From assembly GCA_963745025.1 (NCBI GenBank), contig CAVUWD010000019.1, forward strand, positions 128,001 to 192,000: a stretch of 64,000 nt of DNA, in the 5' to 3' direction. This stretch comes from an uncultured delta proteobacterium (lineage in GTDB: Bacteria > Desulfobacterota > Binatia > JACPRU01). Of this stretch, positions 63,864 to 64,000 are shown one piece after another. Positions within the stretch are counted from its first letter, which is position 1; every line of letters begins with the position of its first letter. The position numbers and the translations under genes are program-made. Under the pieces are notes generated by a model. The model ran no database searches. It worked only from the letters and a program-made list of their open reading frames with translations, and was not told the DNA's origin.

Positions 63864-64000
63864 CGGCCGACGCCGAACCGGCGCTCGAGATCCGGCCGAT
63901 TCCCGGCCCGCTACGGGCATCGCCTTCGCTTCCCGGCTCGAAGAGCCTGACCAATCGTGCGTTGATCATCGCGGCCCTGGCGGGAGGCGAAAGCGTGCTT
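63860..64000 (+). CDS. aroA: EPSP synthase, 5' part
   Basis: GTG start overlaps the tyrA stop. PGSKSLTNRALIIAALA. Confidence 0.9.
   Translation, partial: MTADAEPALEIRPIPGPLRASPSLPGSKSLTNRALIIAALAGGESVL

Overview
High-GC bacterial chromosome segment. Gene content and order look Desulfobacterota/Ca. Binatia-like (inference). It is mostly housekeeping: ctpA-xseA-M23-xseB-ispA-tlyA, dksA-like, rpoZ, dnaJ-cbpM-rpoH, ychF, ilvA, lon, trmI, a heterodimeric ABC exporter, a Sdh1-type succinate dehydrogenase, rluA, rlmD, hldA, yicC-gmk-relA-ridA, rpmB, hldC, pgi-mutL-miaA-accA and pheA-hisC-tyrA-aroA. It also carries a sigma54-type minor-pilin/pilB locus, an orphan flavin-dependent halogenase, and an envelope cluster (DsbA, amidohydrolase-like protein, lone MCE protein, M1-like/Omp85 fusion, B12 radical SAM). 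I saw no tRNA, rRNA, CRISPR array, transposase or integrase. The most striking signal is non-coding. First, four copies of a ~163-bp two-fold symmetric triple-hairpin element whose eight outer hairpins differ in sequence yet keep perfectly complementary arms around a CCG-TACT-CGG-type core, with GNA-triloop mini-hairpins in the middle. Second, at least eight copies of a palindrome built from 7-bp units (GGCTACC)n...(GGTAGCC)n, plus a sister family; two such copies are captured in protein C-termini. Frameshifts in rpoH, lon, one ABC gene, dsbA, sdhCAB and relA are most likely assembly or polishing errors.
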